In this document: positions 12,105-24,892 of the stretch, piece after piece
How the letters are laid out: every line of letters starts with the position of its first letter
How positions within the stretch are numbered: position 1 is the first letter of the stretch
Source: Strigamia acuminata
Taxonomy: Eukaryota
DNA length: 64,000 bases
Assembly: GCA_949358305.1 (NCBI GenBank)
Contig: OX442314.1
Location: 18,600,001 to 18,664,000, forward strand
Direction: 5' to 3'
Translations under genes and position numbers: made by a program
The notes under the pieces: generated by a model
Databases searched by the model: none
Told to the model about the DNA's origin: nothing
Seen by the model: only the letters and a program-made list of their open reading frames with translations

Positions 12105-15100
12105 ATGAGATTTGTCCAGTTAAAAAAAATACAAGAGAATACTCCGTTTGACACAATACAACAATATGGCTGTGGGCCTAACTTTGTTCTGAATAGAGAG
12201 AAGCACTTTAGACTAATGATGAAAGACCAGGTAATGAGAATATACTAATTATAAGAGTTATTTTTCCATCCTAGTGAGGAATAATAACAACAGTTATAGT
12301 GAATAGTTTGTTAGTTAATTGTTTTTTATGTTAATTTTAACAGGATATGGTATTTTGGTTCAGGTTTTGGCTAACATTTTGCTTTAATCATGGCTGTCAC
12401 ATTCTGAAAGCGGTATCTAGAAAAAAATTAATTGATATCTTTACTACATTTATTTATGCGGTTCTTGAATTTGTTAAATTGCAGGTTCAAAAACAATGGC
12501 CCGAAACGACGAGTTACGCCTTTATAGGCATACATTCCCAATTTATTCAAGGTAATCGAAATGCCAAATCAACATTTAATTTATGAATAATTTTCGTTCT
12601 AAGGATCGGATCAAAGTCAGTACTGCATTGATGTAATTAAATCAATGTGTTTGAGAAACTCAAGTAAAACTGTTTGTACAATTATTATAGTACAAGCTAT
12701 CTTTGATCATGTTTTATTTTCTAGGTTCAAAAAGTCCAGTTTCAGACGCAAAAAATAGTTGCGAGTCTTTTGCATATGTGGTAAGTAGTACTACGCTTAC
12801 TGTATGAATAAGGAATAAGAAAAAAGAGGAAGTGCTCAACTGTACTTATACCCACCAAAATATTCGTCTCGTCGGGGGCTATAACTAAGTCCTGCTCAAA
12901 TGCATAAAATCGGCTTTCAAAGTTTGAAAAACCTAAAGTTTGGATCATAAGACGCACACCCCCCCCCCCCCCCCATTTTTGGTCTACTTTTCCGAGTAAA
13001 GTGTCTTATGGTCCATAAAATACACTATGTACGGAATAGGGTTACAGGAAAAAATAGTTTAAAGATGTTAGGCCGAATTCGCAATCGCCTTTCTCAGCCG
13101 TTAACCGCCTAATTCGTATCGCAGTCAATCCCACACATGGTCCGGCTGCAATGCCGTTGGGCACGTCACTGAGAGCAGTATCAGAGACCCAATTTCCACA
13201 GCTAGAGAATGAAATTGAATTTTACACTCAAAACCGTGGTAATGTATCTCCACACTGGTGCAAATAAAAAAAATTACAGGACAGGTATCTACCGTAAGCA
13301 CTTTTCCCTATTTTTCTGATTCCCCTTATTAGAGATGTGTCCGGTCTAGAGTCTACCGTGTCTTCTTTTCTAAGACAAAGAGTAATTTTTCTGTTCTAAC
13401 TACACTATACAGCTGTCTGGATAGCGCATGTCTAAACCACACAGCCTTGACTAAATAAAATTGTATATATAATAGTTTATTCATTCATTTAAAATATAGT
13501 TACAAGAGGTTGCAGAGATAGCATTTGGCGCAGCTCTGTGCGAAGTATTTTATAAGTGGCTGTTTGCCAATGAAGTTAAAGACAACACTAAAAATTACTG
13601 GACTATTCCAAAAGCGTACTTGTACCGTGATTTTCAACCAGGAATACTCGAAGCATTTCTTGTCCAGCAATGGAAAGATGACTTAATTTCATTTCTCGGT
13701 GTAAGTTTAAGACGGCTCCCGTGGTTGCTAAAATTATTACATGGAGGCAAGTTTAAAGACCACGCCGCTTGGAGGCACGATTACTACGTATTTATCGAAA
13801 AAATAACGGACGTCATGAGTAAACAAAGAGACCAAACAAGATTGGAAATTGAAATGGCTGATGAAATGTACAGTATCAAGAAGAGATGCACTGTTGGAAA
13901 ACTAGCAAGTGTAATAATTTAAAACATTAAATTTTGAATTAAATGTTGTGGTTTTTTTTTTTTTTTCAGATAATAAACCAGCAAAAATGTGATTTTTCTA
14001 TACCTAAAGAAGAACCCTCAAAAAATTGTGTTTTCCAAGTTAAAAGATCAAAACGGATATTTCACCAATGTTCCGGCTGTCTAGAATATGAAGACATCTA
14101 TACAAAATTTAAAAAGTGCAGGCGGTATACAAAACAAACAAACAACCACTAAATCTTTACTTTACTTCTGGAAGATGATGTTTTGGCAATAGTATCACGA
14201 ACCAAAATGTTCATAACCAACCAAACCGACATGTTCACAAAGAACATAGCCACTTAAATTTCACTAAACCTTGTGTTTGTAATACTACTTTAGATTCTTC
14301 ATTGAAGAAACCTAATTTTTGTTCAGTATTTAAAGAAAATTCATGGTCTACCTCTACCTCTACCTCCTGCCCCAAATGTCTAGTTGAAAGAAGCGAATTG
14401 GCTCAGACTTTGGATGAAGAATGGCTCACGGTGGCAATCACTTGTTCCCACTAGAGAAGTTAAACCTTCTGGAAATTCCTGTTGTCTAGTTCTTCATTCG
14501 ATTTAAAGTATACAGTCAAGCCTCGTGGAAATGAATCGCGAGGGACCAAACAAAATCAGTTCATTAGAACGTAAGTTTATTTAATCAAATTTTTTTTAAC
14601 ATAGTGTTCGATGGCCAACCAACCAACCAACCCATTTTTAAGTATTCTAATAACTAATTTCGTTATATCGCGGTTCGTTAGAACGAGGGTCGACTGTAGT
14701 ACTGTTTCAATGGGAAGAACATTTAACACCCACTTTCAATTGAGTTTTTTGAGGTTTCCCACTGCATGTTCCTTGCATTCCCTTAAACCAGGGGTCGGCA
14801 ACCTGCAGCTCTTTCGATGTCAGAGAACAGTGAGAATAGGTGGAGTAGAGAGTAGACAGACAGCTGACAGCCGTGTTAGTGGCTCTTTAATTGTAACTTT
14901 TGGCTCTTCCGTCTCAAAAGGTTGCCGACCCCTGCCTTAAACCCCAGACAATACATACAACCAAAACATCATCCTCCAAAGTCAATCAAGTGAACTATTG
15001 ATTTATTTTTTAAATATTTCTAAATGTCTACAACTTTTTCATGTTCTTTCTAAAGATGTGCTGCACAAAATTGGAGAGAACCAAGGTTTTATTGCGGTGA

Positions 15101-16535
15101 TTCTTGCCAATGTGAGTGTACAGTAAAGATATTCAATTTTGTAAAGAAAAATCTCTCGACAACTTGCATATTTTCCAACGAAAAATTCTGTATTTACCAT
15201 CAATTCCATGATAAGTTTTTTTTTCAGTTTAGTCTAAATTTGATATTGAAGTAAATTCAGTAAACTCCCTCAAGATTGGTCAGATGTTTAGCCCAGACAA
15301 AGCTGTCTGATAAAAAAGAAGTTCCAACTGACTTCACCTAAACTCTATCTGCTCAAAGAATCCACTAGTTCTCGATAGAGGTTTTGTGATTGCACTTTTT
15401 ATATGTATAACTTACGAGCTATAAGTTATTAGTTCATTCATTTTGCAATTTGCACTTTTTTGTAACATGTAACTTTTACATATAAAAACTAAAAGTGACA
15501 TCTGTTGTAACAATTAGGCATTAATGTGATCGCTGTTAGTGTTCCTAAATTTTTATTTCTTTTCTTTTCTTTTATTTATTCATTTATTTATTTTTATTTC
15601 TTAATAATTTCTTAATAATAGCAGCTCAAAGTATATTCCAATGTGCAACTGGGCAGGGTGGAAATTTGTACATTTATCCTGTTCCAATATTATTGTTTTG
15701 TATTATAATTGTGTGTGTGTTTGTGTTTTTTTTTCGTCCAAGCGTGCCTCATTCAAGCGTGCCTGGGCCGGGCGCGCCGCATCCAAGCGCGCACATCTAC
15801 ACTTAATCCCCACGTGTTTTGTCCCTGTAATGAACACCATGACCAGGTTTAAACCTCGATTACCACCCCGACTACCTCAAACTCCAGTCATTTCAGTTTA
15901 TAACTTTATTTACGACTATGTCTGTGTGCTATCTATCACTAAAAAAAATGTCTTAACTGGCTTTGACCAATTGACCATTGCGTACACGAAACCTATATGT
16001 ATAGGACAACGTATAGTTCTGTTCTATACGTTCATTTTTACTTATAACTTATAAACCTATAACTTATATCTATAAGTTATAAGTTGGATAAAAGTTGGGA
16101 AAAAAAATCCAATCGCAAAACCTCTATTGACTGGTTGGTTTGTCAGTATGTCGGTAATAAGGAAATGATCATCTCAGCTTTTGGAAATACATGCTAGACA
16201 ATGAGTTTTTCTTGGTTGCAGAAACTTTACTCTTCTAATGTAAGAAATAGCCAGTAGCAATTTGCCCTTTGACCAATGGGAATAAGTAGATTCGGTGTCT
16301 GCAAAAGATAACTTTTGCCTAAATAGTTTTTCTTAAAAATTAATTGCACATTGACAAGCATAAAATCTCCCAATGACCGTAGTTGTTTCTTTTAGTTCAA
16401 CATTGGTGTAAACAGCATGAACAAGAACACATCGAGTTCTTGAGTAGGAAACGGCAAAAAGAAATTTCTACTGCTGCGGAAAAACTACCTATTTACGCAC
16501 TACCGCATCCAGACATTGATGCTTATACTAGTTAA
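12105..16535 (+). CDS. Unknown-family MYND-like zinc-finger protein, paralogue 3 (introns expanded by MITEs; one likely GC-AG intron)
   Basis: MRFVQLKK..GCGPNFVLNR; DMVFWFRFWLTFC; core exon ~13500-13904; finger CSGC..CRRC..FYCGDSC..HWCKQHEQEH; stop TAA 16533-16535. Confidence 0.87.
14513..14696. mobile_element. Tc1/mariner (pogo/Tigger-type) MITE, 184 bp; same family as 49365-49548
   Basis: TA-cagtc...gactg-TA ends; internal ttttttaacatagtgttcgatggccaaccaacc..ttcgttatatcgcg is shared with the 49.4-kb copy. Confidence 0.8.
14789..14934. mobile_element. hAT-family (Charlie-like) MITE, 146 bp
   Basis: Perfect TIR CAGGGGTCGGCAACCT / AGGTTGCCGACCCCTG; perfect 8-bp TSD CCTTAAAC at 14781-14788 and 14935-14942. 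Confidence 0.92.
15376..16126. mobile_element. Non-autonomous TIR element (~750 bp) in the last intron of paralogue 3
   Basis: tagaggttttgtgattg ... caatcgcaaaacctcta inverted termini; no clear TSD. Confidence 0.6.
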
Positions 16536-17243
16536 AATATTCATTAAATTTCTATTTGTATGTGTAGGCCTACTTTTCTGTTGTACATTAAAAAAAACTA
16601 AATTTTAACATATTTCTTGCTAAATGAAGTGAAATTAACTCTATAATAAAGTATCCTCTTACCCCATTGTGTGAAATAAGTCTACTTTATTTCTTAGGCG
16701 TTTAGAGACGCATTACCCAACACACAAAGATTGATGCTCTCAATCTAACAAGTAAGTGGTAATCTATTTTAAATGGATTGTAATTTGTAAGATCCACCTA
16801 ACATCAACCAAGATTAAAGCAGCAATGTCACTTATCAAAATGCAGGTGAAGATGTAAATGCTGCCACATTGAAACAAGAATTCTAATATGTATGTAAATA
16901 AAATAATGACAATTTGTGAATCAATCTTTCCTTTTTGATTCTATCAACGCCTTTAGAATACACTTGGCAATACCCAAAGATACAAATTGAAGAAGCAATG
17001 ATTACACAAATGACAAAAAGATTTAATGAAAGAATCTAATTTAAACTGCTAAAAGTCCTACATGAAAATATAGAACTCACAGTCAAATAAGTCCTGAGAA
17101 TGCCCTCTCTTGGCATGCTTCAGATCTAAAAATTGTTAACACGTCACTATGACAACAACCTTTTTAAAATTGTAAGAGTGAAAAAAACGTACATCACCAC
17201 ATTTGCCAAAAATTTAATCCAAAGACAACCCCGTAAAAGCAAC

Positions 17244-18505
17244 ATGAGGTTTGTACGGCTGCAAAATCGGAAAAAGATTCCTCTCGAGGCAGTCCTCTAT
17301 TATAAATGTGGTCCTCAATTTGTCGCCAAACGACAGACAGTGTTTGAGTTTATGTTAAAACAACAAGTAATTCCAACATTTTACCAAATGATTAATGGTT
17401 ATGATACATAACCAATTATTTTTGTTTGTTTTTACAGAGTTTTACATTTTGGTTTAGGTTTTGGTTAACATTTGCTTGCTGTCCGGTCTACATCGAAGTT
17501 AGCGTGGTAAATATTCATCATACTACGTAATTACCACTTCAGATATTTAAAATACTTCTAATTTTAGATTAAAAACAAATGGCCAGAACTTTCAACTTAC
17601 TTAACCTTAAACATATACAGACATTTCTTGCAAGGTTTTTATTTTTATTTTTTACTGATTTCTTTCTTTTTCGCCCTTTGAAATATCCAAATGTGTCGTT
17701 TATTAGTTCCCGTGTCAGCTAGACATAGATATTGTATGAATTTGATTACGTCACTAAATATAGCATCTTCAGGTATCAATAAAACCGTATTACCCCGCTC
17801 TGGAGAGTACACCCTAAAATTGTGAGCCCGATAATTCAACTTTTATGGCATGTCAATTAGATCCCCTGAACTGGTAAAACTCGCATTTTAAGGCGTACCC
17901 TACAAAGCAGGATAATATGGTATAATTTTATATTACCATAAACCTCTGATTAAACGACCGGGCGTTTAGTCTTTTTAAGGACCGGACCAGGTCACAATTC
18001 GGAGTTTTACGGTAAATTTTCAAGAAAAATAACATACTTTATATTTTACTGCTTAACAGAAAGAGAATCGAATCTCAGAGCAAGATCTACCGAAGATTTA
18101 TTTGAGTGTTTTCATAGGAAATTGAAAGAATATTGGGAAATGGCGTTTGCAATTGCCCTTTGTGATGTTTTCCACAAATGGTTGCTCTCCAGTGATATGC
18201 ACGATAAATCTCAAACGTACTGGTTTCTTCCTAAAAAGTATTTAAGCCCGGATTTTAAGCCGGGTGTTTTAGAAGAATTTCTTACTGATGAATGGAACGA
18301 AAAACTGTTCAAACTACTCGGTGTTGACAAAAAGCAAATTCCATGGTTTCGCGATGTCGTGTTAACGAACGGATTTGTGAGACCGATTAAGATAGTCAAA
18401 AGTAACAGAGCCGATCGGTCGGCTTATATAAAATACATTCAATTGATTACGGAGATTATCATAACCCAGAGAAAAAAAATTCAAGAAGCAGAAAATACTT
18501 GTTAA
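17244..18505 (+). CDS. Unknown-family protein, paralogue 4; core only, no zinc finger
   Basis: MRFVRLQ..KCGPQFVAKR; SFTFWFRFWLTF; KWPE; the last exon (~18060-18505) reads through the core (MAFAIALCDVFHKWL..FKPGVLEEFL) to TAA. I found no downstream zinc-finger exons. Confidence 0.82.
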
Positions 18506-19219
18506 TATAAACAAATAATTGTTCACTGAGTGAAATAAGCTGTTTTTTTTTCAAGAAATAATGTATATAAAAATAATAGTGTTGCTATAATTTGCATTTT
18601 ATTTAATTTTCTTATTGCGAGTGGAAATAATTTTTCTCGGTTTTCCTTAATTTACGAGGTATATTTCATGGTCCAAAATTTACCGTTTCATGAATGAAGA
18701 AATAAAATTTTAAATTAAAAAACTGAAATTCACGAACCTCAGTGAACAAGGCGATACTCGGCTCGTGATGTCGTGAATAATTTCTGGCAGAAACGTCCTG
18801 AACTGCAACGCGTCATTTAGATTTAAGGTTTGTCACTGATACATAAAACAAAAGAAAATCCAATGGCATTATTTTCCTGAATTACAACAATTTAACCGGA
18901 CTTACACCAACTACGAGCTCCGAAAACACTTGGTCAACAAAAATGGCGTTGATGACTACGTCAGGTGGTGAAAGCGGAAGTGACACCATCACGTGACACC
19001 ATAACTTAATGTTGTAACCTGAGAAAAATGATATACTTTTTAACTTAAATTATTGAATTTATAAACCACGACAAAAGTAGAGTTGGAACACAACATAATT
19101 TCGACTTTTTATTGTTATTCATATTTACAAGTTTAACATTTTTTATTTTATTTTTTTTACATGAAGGTTCACCAGAATTCCAAACCGAAGTCTTGAAACC
19201 ATTTATAAACTACAAAAAG

Positions 19220-22200
19220 TTAATTCAGATAAGTTCCAAGGGGTTGCAAATGTCGTAAGTAACTAAACAAAATTTTCTTCCACGAATTACACGTACTTTG
19301 GTTTTGGACGGTACTGACGCTAAACTCCAAGGCTTTACAGCTAGAAATGAATTTATTTTATACCTTTGATTGAAAATCTAAAATACTAGGCGCATTCAGT
19401 AATTTTGACTAAACAGTATGTTAAACAATATATTTTCAGTCGCAGTTGGCACGAGCACGACAAAATGCGCCTACTGTTTTTGCATAGGAAAATACCGAAG
19501 GTTGGCCATATTATCAAAGAAACAAGTAGTTGCATTCAAAAGCTAAAATATTTTGTGTTTTACTTTAATTTTAAACTAAAAATGACATCATTTCCTGTTT
19601 AAACCCATGTTAAAACTTAAAATACACTAAAACTTAAAATTGTTATTTTTATTTTTGAATGCAGCTACTGCAATACTGATTTAGAACTTACTTTCTGCAC
19701 ATAACTAGATCTGGTGACGTTTTTTCTGAAGAACTGGAACCCATATGAGAACTTGCACGCTTACGAAACACAATATTAGGCGCCACCGGTATTTGACTAC
19801 ATTTCTTTTGAACGATTGCTGTACGTGGATTTCTTACATCTTTATCTTTAACTTTATCTTGAAAATAGTCTTCAAGTTTTACTTAAAAAAAAAACAGTAA
19901 AAACCAACAGAATTTCTAATTTTGTAGCCAACTTACGATCATCTCCGGTTTGTAAAATTTTATGACTACATTTCTTCTCTTTCTTTGCAGTAAGTTCAAA
20001 CTGATTTGCATTATTACCCTCGGACACAATTGCTTTTTTGAGCGCCTCCTCTGTTTGTACTCCAGCAGATATCTGCAACAATTTTATTTTATACGTTAAT
20101 TTATTACATTATAAGCGTAAAATCCCATTTTAACTAAATTGTGCTCACACTGCGTGATCTTTCACACGGCTCGGTATTCGTTTCAGCTTCGCTTACTGTC
20201 ATAGTAGATGCATCTTGTTGCTTAATTATTGACTTCAACCCAGGTGGTGTTCCAAATGGTTCCTTATACCATAATACATCACCAACCTCTCTTTTACAGA
20301 TTGGTGGACGGAGTATATTCTCAATATCAATTTTGTGATTATCCTTAACCTGGGCAAATAAACTTGTTACATTCTACACATCAGAAACTTAATTCAATTT
20401 ACTTACCGGTACTTTATTATTCTCAATATTACACTGCCAAGTTATTGATGAGTCCTCTAGTAATACATCATCGCTGGAACCATCTGCATGACACAATTAA
20501 TCATTAGCGCTTATTTATAAGTTGTATTCCAATATTTACCGCTTTCACACGTATACGTTTCCATATCGTTAGCACTGTTTATTAAGTCGGGAATAGGACT
20601 AGTGGACGGCGATGCCGATTCAGTACTTCTTTTATTTTTAATTACTTCGGACTTGCTTGGTTTTTTAAATTTTAGTCTAAAATATTCAAAATTTTAGCTA
20701 AATAAATTGACACCGTATAAATAACACATTTAGGTACCTTGACAAGCGTTTTCTTATTTTTGAACCGCCTGTACGAAGGGGTATTTTAGACTTAAAACGC
20801 AACGGTTTAAAATTAGCTGTTTCGTCTAAAACCAAAATAAAAATTCCTATTATTAGGCCTATCTCTAAACATCAATGGCCGTAAGAAACTGAACTCATCA
20901 TTTTCATGTCGTCTGTTATAAAATCGCCACTCATGATGTCCGAACTTGAATCTTTGGTACTAATGAAATCGATTGGACAATTCACGAATTTAGATGTCAC
21001 CGACCACTTGCCTTTGCTCTGAAAAGCCACACCAGGTATATTCTCATTTCAGTATGAAATTGATGTTTACTAGTACGGTAATTTTCTTTAGTGGCGCTTC
21101 ATCCGCACTCCGTATTAACATTTTCATCTCATGTAGTTTCTTTCTCATGCAACTTAAACACACTAGTTTGGAGTCGCCTCTTTTTTGGATCATGAACTTG
21201 CAGCAACCGCTATGATTAGCACTCAGTTGGGTATTATTCACAATCACAATGTGACTTTTATTTTCTTCCAAATAATTGTGCAGCGAAGGAAAACTGACCG
21301 CACTGCTGCGCGATTTCTCCAGATTGATTTGTATCCAACTAACCTGTCCCTCTTTAAGACCAAGCAGGGCAACCAATTTCATTTTCCACTTGAGTATTAA
21401 ATATTTCTCCAATGTCCCAGGTCTGAAATTCGCATCTAAATACTCGACCGGAGTGTTCCAGTATTTTTTGCAGCCGTTCGGATCATCTTCCGCTTCAAGC
21501 CACTTGTAAAACACCTCGCAAAGCGCACATCCGAAGGTCATCATGGTTAGTTCAAAAACTTCATCTGCAAACTATTAATTGCACAAAAATGCATATCAAT
21601 TTAATGTGAAATAACCGTAGGAAACATGTTTACCTGTGTTTTCGCCTTGTCTTTAAATAACGGCCCTTTTCCTAAATTAAAGAATGTAAATATTTTATTT
21701 GATGAATGTACGCGAGTCGTCAAGCGCTTATACAGTACTGTACTTGGCATGGAAACCATTGGTTTAATAATTGACTGCAAACAGAATTTAACTACATCGT
21801 CAGCCAAAGCTGCAAAAAATAATAGCAATTTATCTAATTAGGTGCTGAAAATTATAAAATACCGGCACTTATTTTTATTTATACGTCGTATCATTACCCT
21901 GCACGAACTTTCTGTGTAAATGGATAAATGCACATCGGACGGGTTCCAACCAACCATATTTCATGAGCTAAAAAATAATACATTATCTCATTTGATTTCA
22001 ACGAAGTAAACAATTTGAATTCAAACACCATATCAAGATTTCTGTTCCCAGGGTGGGAGCAAAACGTCAACCAAAATCGAAACCAAAAGGTTGTGCCCTG
22101 GAAACAAGTGCAAACGAATTATTTGTTAAATTGATCAATAATTTTTTTTACTTGCTCTTTGATCATTGAGCTGAAACTCTCTTGACGATTAACAATGTAA

Positions 22201-22280
22201 TTTGGCCCACACTTCATCTTTAGTATGAAGTCATAGGCTGTGGTTTTTATCGAATTTTTCTTCAACTGAATAAATCTCAT
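19220..22280 (-). CDS. Unknown-family protein, paralogue 5 (inverted copy with a long multi-exon Ser/Thr/Lys-rich C-terminal extension; zinc finger eroded)
   Basis: Minus strand MRFIQLKK..KCGPNYIVNR; GTTFWFRFWLTFC; core exon ~21565-21070 (FGCALCEVFYKWL..YWNTP..FRPGTLEKYL). Several further small exons run to ~19220; the 3' exon boundaries are approximate. Confidence 0.75.
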
Positions 22281-22647
22281 TGTCATTAATAATACAGAAA
22301 CAAATGTTATGGGATGTTCAATACGACTTATCCGTATTAATTTTGATTATGAATGTATATATTCCTTGAACATAAACTTGATAATTTTTGATATTGTTCT
22401 CTATGGTTACAATGGATAAACAGTGCAACAATAACTTCAGCATTTATCAATTAATGCCAACAATGCCAATAGATATTGTCTTAAGCTATTGAAAGTTGGG
22501 TAAAATTGTATGTGTTAAGTCCTACCTAAGAATCATAAAAGATTTCCCCTAAATTCTGTGTAAAAAATATTGTAATTATCACGATCGAGTCATCGGTGGA
22601 TAAGGCGCTCAAGGACCAAACCCCATTTGTCTAGAAAACCCATAAAC

Positions 22648-24447
22648 ATGAGATTTGTTAAATTGAAGAGAAAAAAAGGCAAAAGCCCCTACGATGCAAT
22701 ATTGAAATTTGGTTGTGGACCGAATTTCGTTTTGAATAGATCTGACTTATTTCGACAAATGATAAAAGAACAGGTAAAAACGAAAAAAAAATAAAATAAA
22801 TATTAAGTTGGTGCACAAATTATAAAAGTAGATATTGTAGGGTGTCACCTTCTGGTTCAGATTTTGGCTGACGTTTTGTTTACATCCGGGGTGCAGTGAT
22901 TTAAAAGCGGTATTCATTAACATTGTGGTTGGTAACTGAAAGATGCAGAGCAGCTAAACTCAAATTTCATTACAGATTCAACAGGAATGGCCGGAAATTG
23001 CGTGTTGCGTAAATGCAGGAGTGCACAAACTGTTATTACAAGGTACTTGGAAGTGCTTTTATAATTTCTTTAAAATAAAAACAACTAAAAACAAAGATTT
23101 TTAAATATTCACTGTTTATAATAATAAAATTGATTTATAAAAGCAGATTCAGTGGAAGGAGCTTGTCAATATTGCTTTGGTATAATCAGATCCATGCGCC
23201 TGCCAACAAGTAAGTGAATTCCTTCAGTTTGGTGGCCCGAATTTTTCAAGATTCCATATTATATTCTGTGCGGACTTGCCTGTTTTAATCGCGCTTTGTC
23301 GTTGATAGGACAGCCAACGTCGAAAGAGAAACAGCATTGTAAAGTGTCGTCCAAACAACTAGTAAGTATCTGTAAGTATTTAAACGGGAAATTAAAAATA
23401 AGTTGTGCAAATATGGGCCACATAGTTTAATTAAAAAATATGAAATTTACATTTGCCAGATGGGTCATAATTTTTTTCATTTTTAGTACATGTTTCTGAT
23501 TAGTTGCAGAAATTATTTATCAAGTGTACAGGAATGGCGTTTGGCTGCGCTTTATGCGAGGTGTTTTATAAATGGTTAGATGCCACAGACACGCAAGATA
23601 AACACGAAAAGTATTGGTCTATTCCAAAAAAGTATCTTGATCCAGTATTCAAACCGGGGTTATTAGAAGATTTTTTGGTTCACGAATGGCAGGATCAGTT
23701 GTTGTTACTTCTTGGTGTCACGGAGAAACAACTAGAATGGTTAGGCAATTTATTGTACGGATATGAAGACGAACTAACCGACGTGGATAAACCCAAAAGG
23801 GAATATGATTACGAGTGCGATGATTATGGAATAGACATTCAGGAGGTTATAGACTATATGACCTTAAGACGAAATCATAAACTAAAAAAAATCGAAGAAA
23901 TTGATGAAACTTGTAAGACAAGATCAAATACTAATTACACTCCCGTAGCTGCAGCAACATCTGATCATCAAGCGGTACAATTTGATGCAAAAAAAATAAT
24001 AAAAGAAAAGCCATTTTCATTTATCTTAATATTTGATTCGCAAGGTCTACAAATTACCTAAAAAAATTGATGCAGAAACACAGGTTAGTGTTGAAATAGA
24101 CAAGAAACAACCAGCACAATGTAGTTATTGTCACACAAGAAGAAAAGGTTCACAAAAATTCAAAAAATGCAAACGGTAAATAATAAATAAATAAATAAAT
24201 AAATAAATATTTTTTTTACTTGAGACATTTATTAAATTATTACTTGCAGGTGTTTAGAAGAGAATTGGCCTGAACCTAGATTCTATTGTAGTACTGTGTG
24301 CAGAAGTAAGAGTAATTGCATGTGATTTGATTATTTTCTATTCGTTTACTATATTATTTATTATTTCGTATTGCAGTTGATCACTGGTTTGAGCAGCATC
24401 ATAAAGAACATTCTCAGTACATTAAACGTATGACTAGTCTGCATTAA
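22648..24447 (+). CDS. Unknown-family MYND-like zinc-finger protein, paralogue 6
   Basis: MRFVKLKR..GCGPNFVLNR; GVTFWFRFWLTFC; core exon from 23504; finger CSYC..CKRC..FYCSTVC..HWFEQHHKEH; stop 24445-24447. Confidence 0.9.
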
Positions 24448-24892
24448 ATGTGTATCTAAATTTGCAGTTGTTTTCCCCTTTTATCTGTTCAAATCAGTGG
24501 TTTGGAAATCTCAAATTAATTAATGAGTTGAGAATCACTTTGTTTTCTTTGAACATTGCCTCCTTGTCGGAAATTGAAAAAATAGAAAATATTGTGTAAA
24601 AAAAATGAAATATTAAAAATCTGAAAAGAAAATAAAAAAATTCCAGTTTAATTCATAATTTTATACGCTTCTTTCTGAATTTCTCTAACACATTGAATTC
24701 GTTCGTGTACGTTACAGTGACAATCGCCAGCCTGCGCCTTTGTCAAGAGTCAAATTGACTCAGCCATTGTACAATAAAAATTGTTAGCTTAAGTTCTAAA
24801 TTGTAAATAGATAATACGATCAAAATTTGAGAGAAAGGTTTCATTCAACAAACAGCACTTCATTCACTAGTTAAAAGAACAAATAAACCGTT

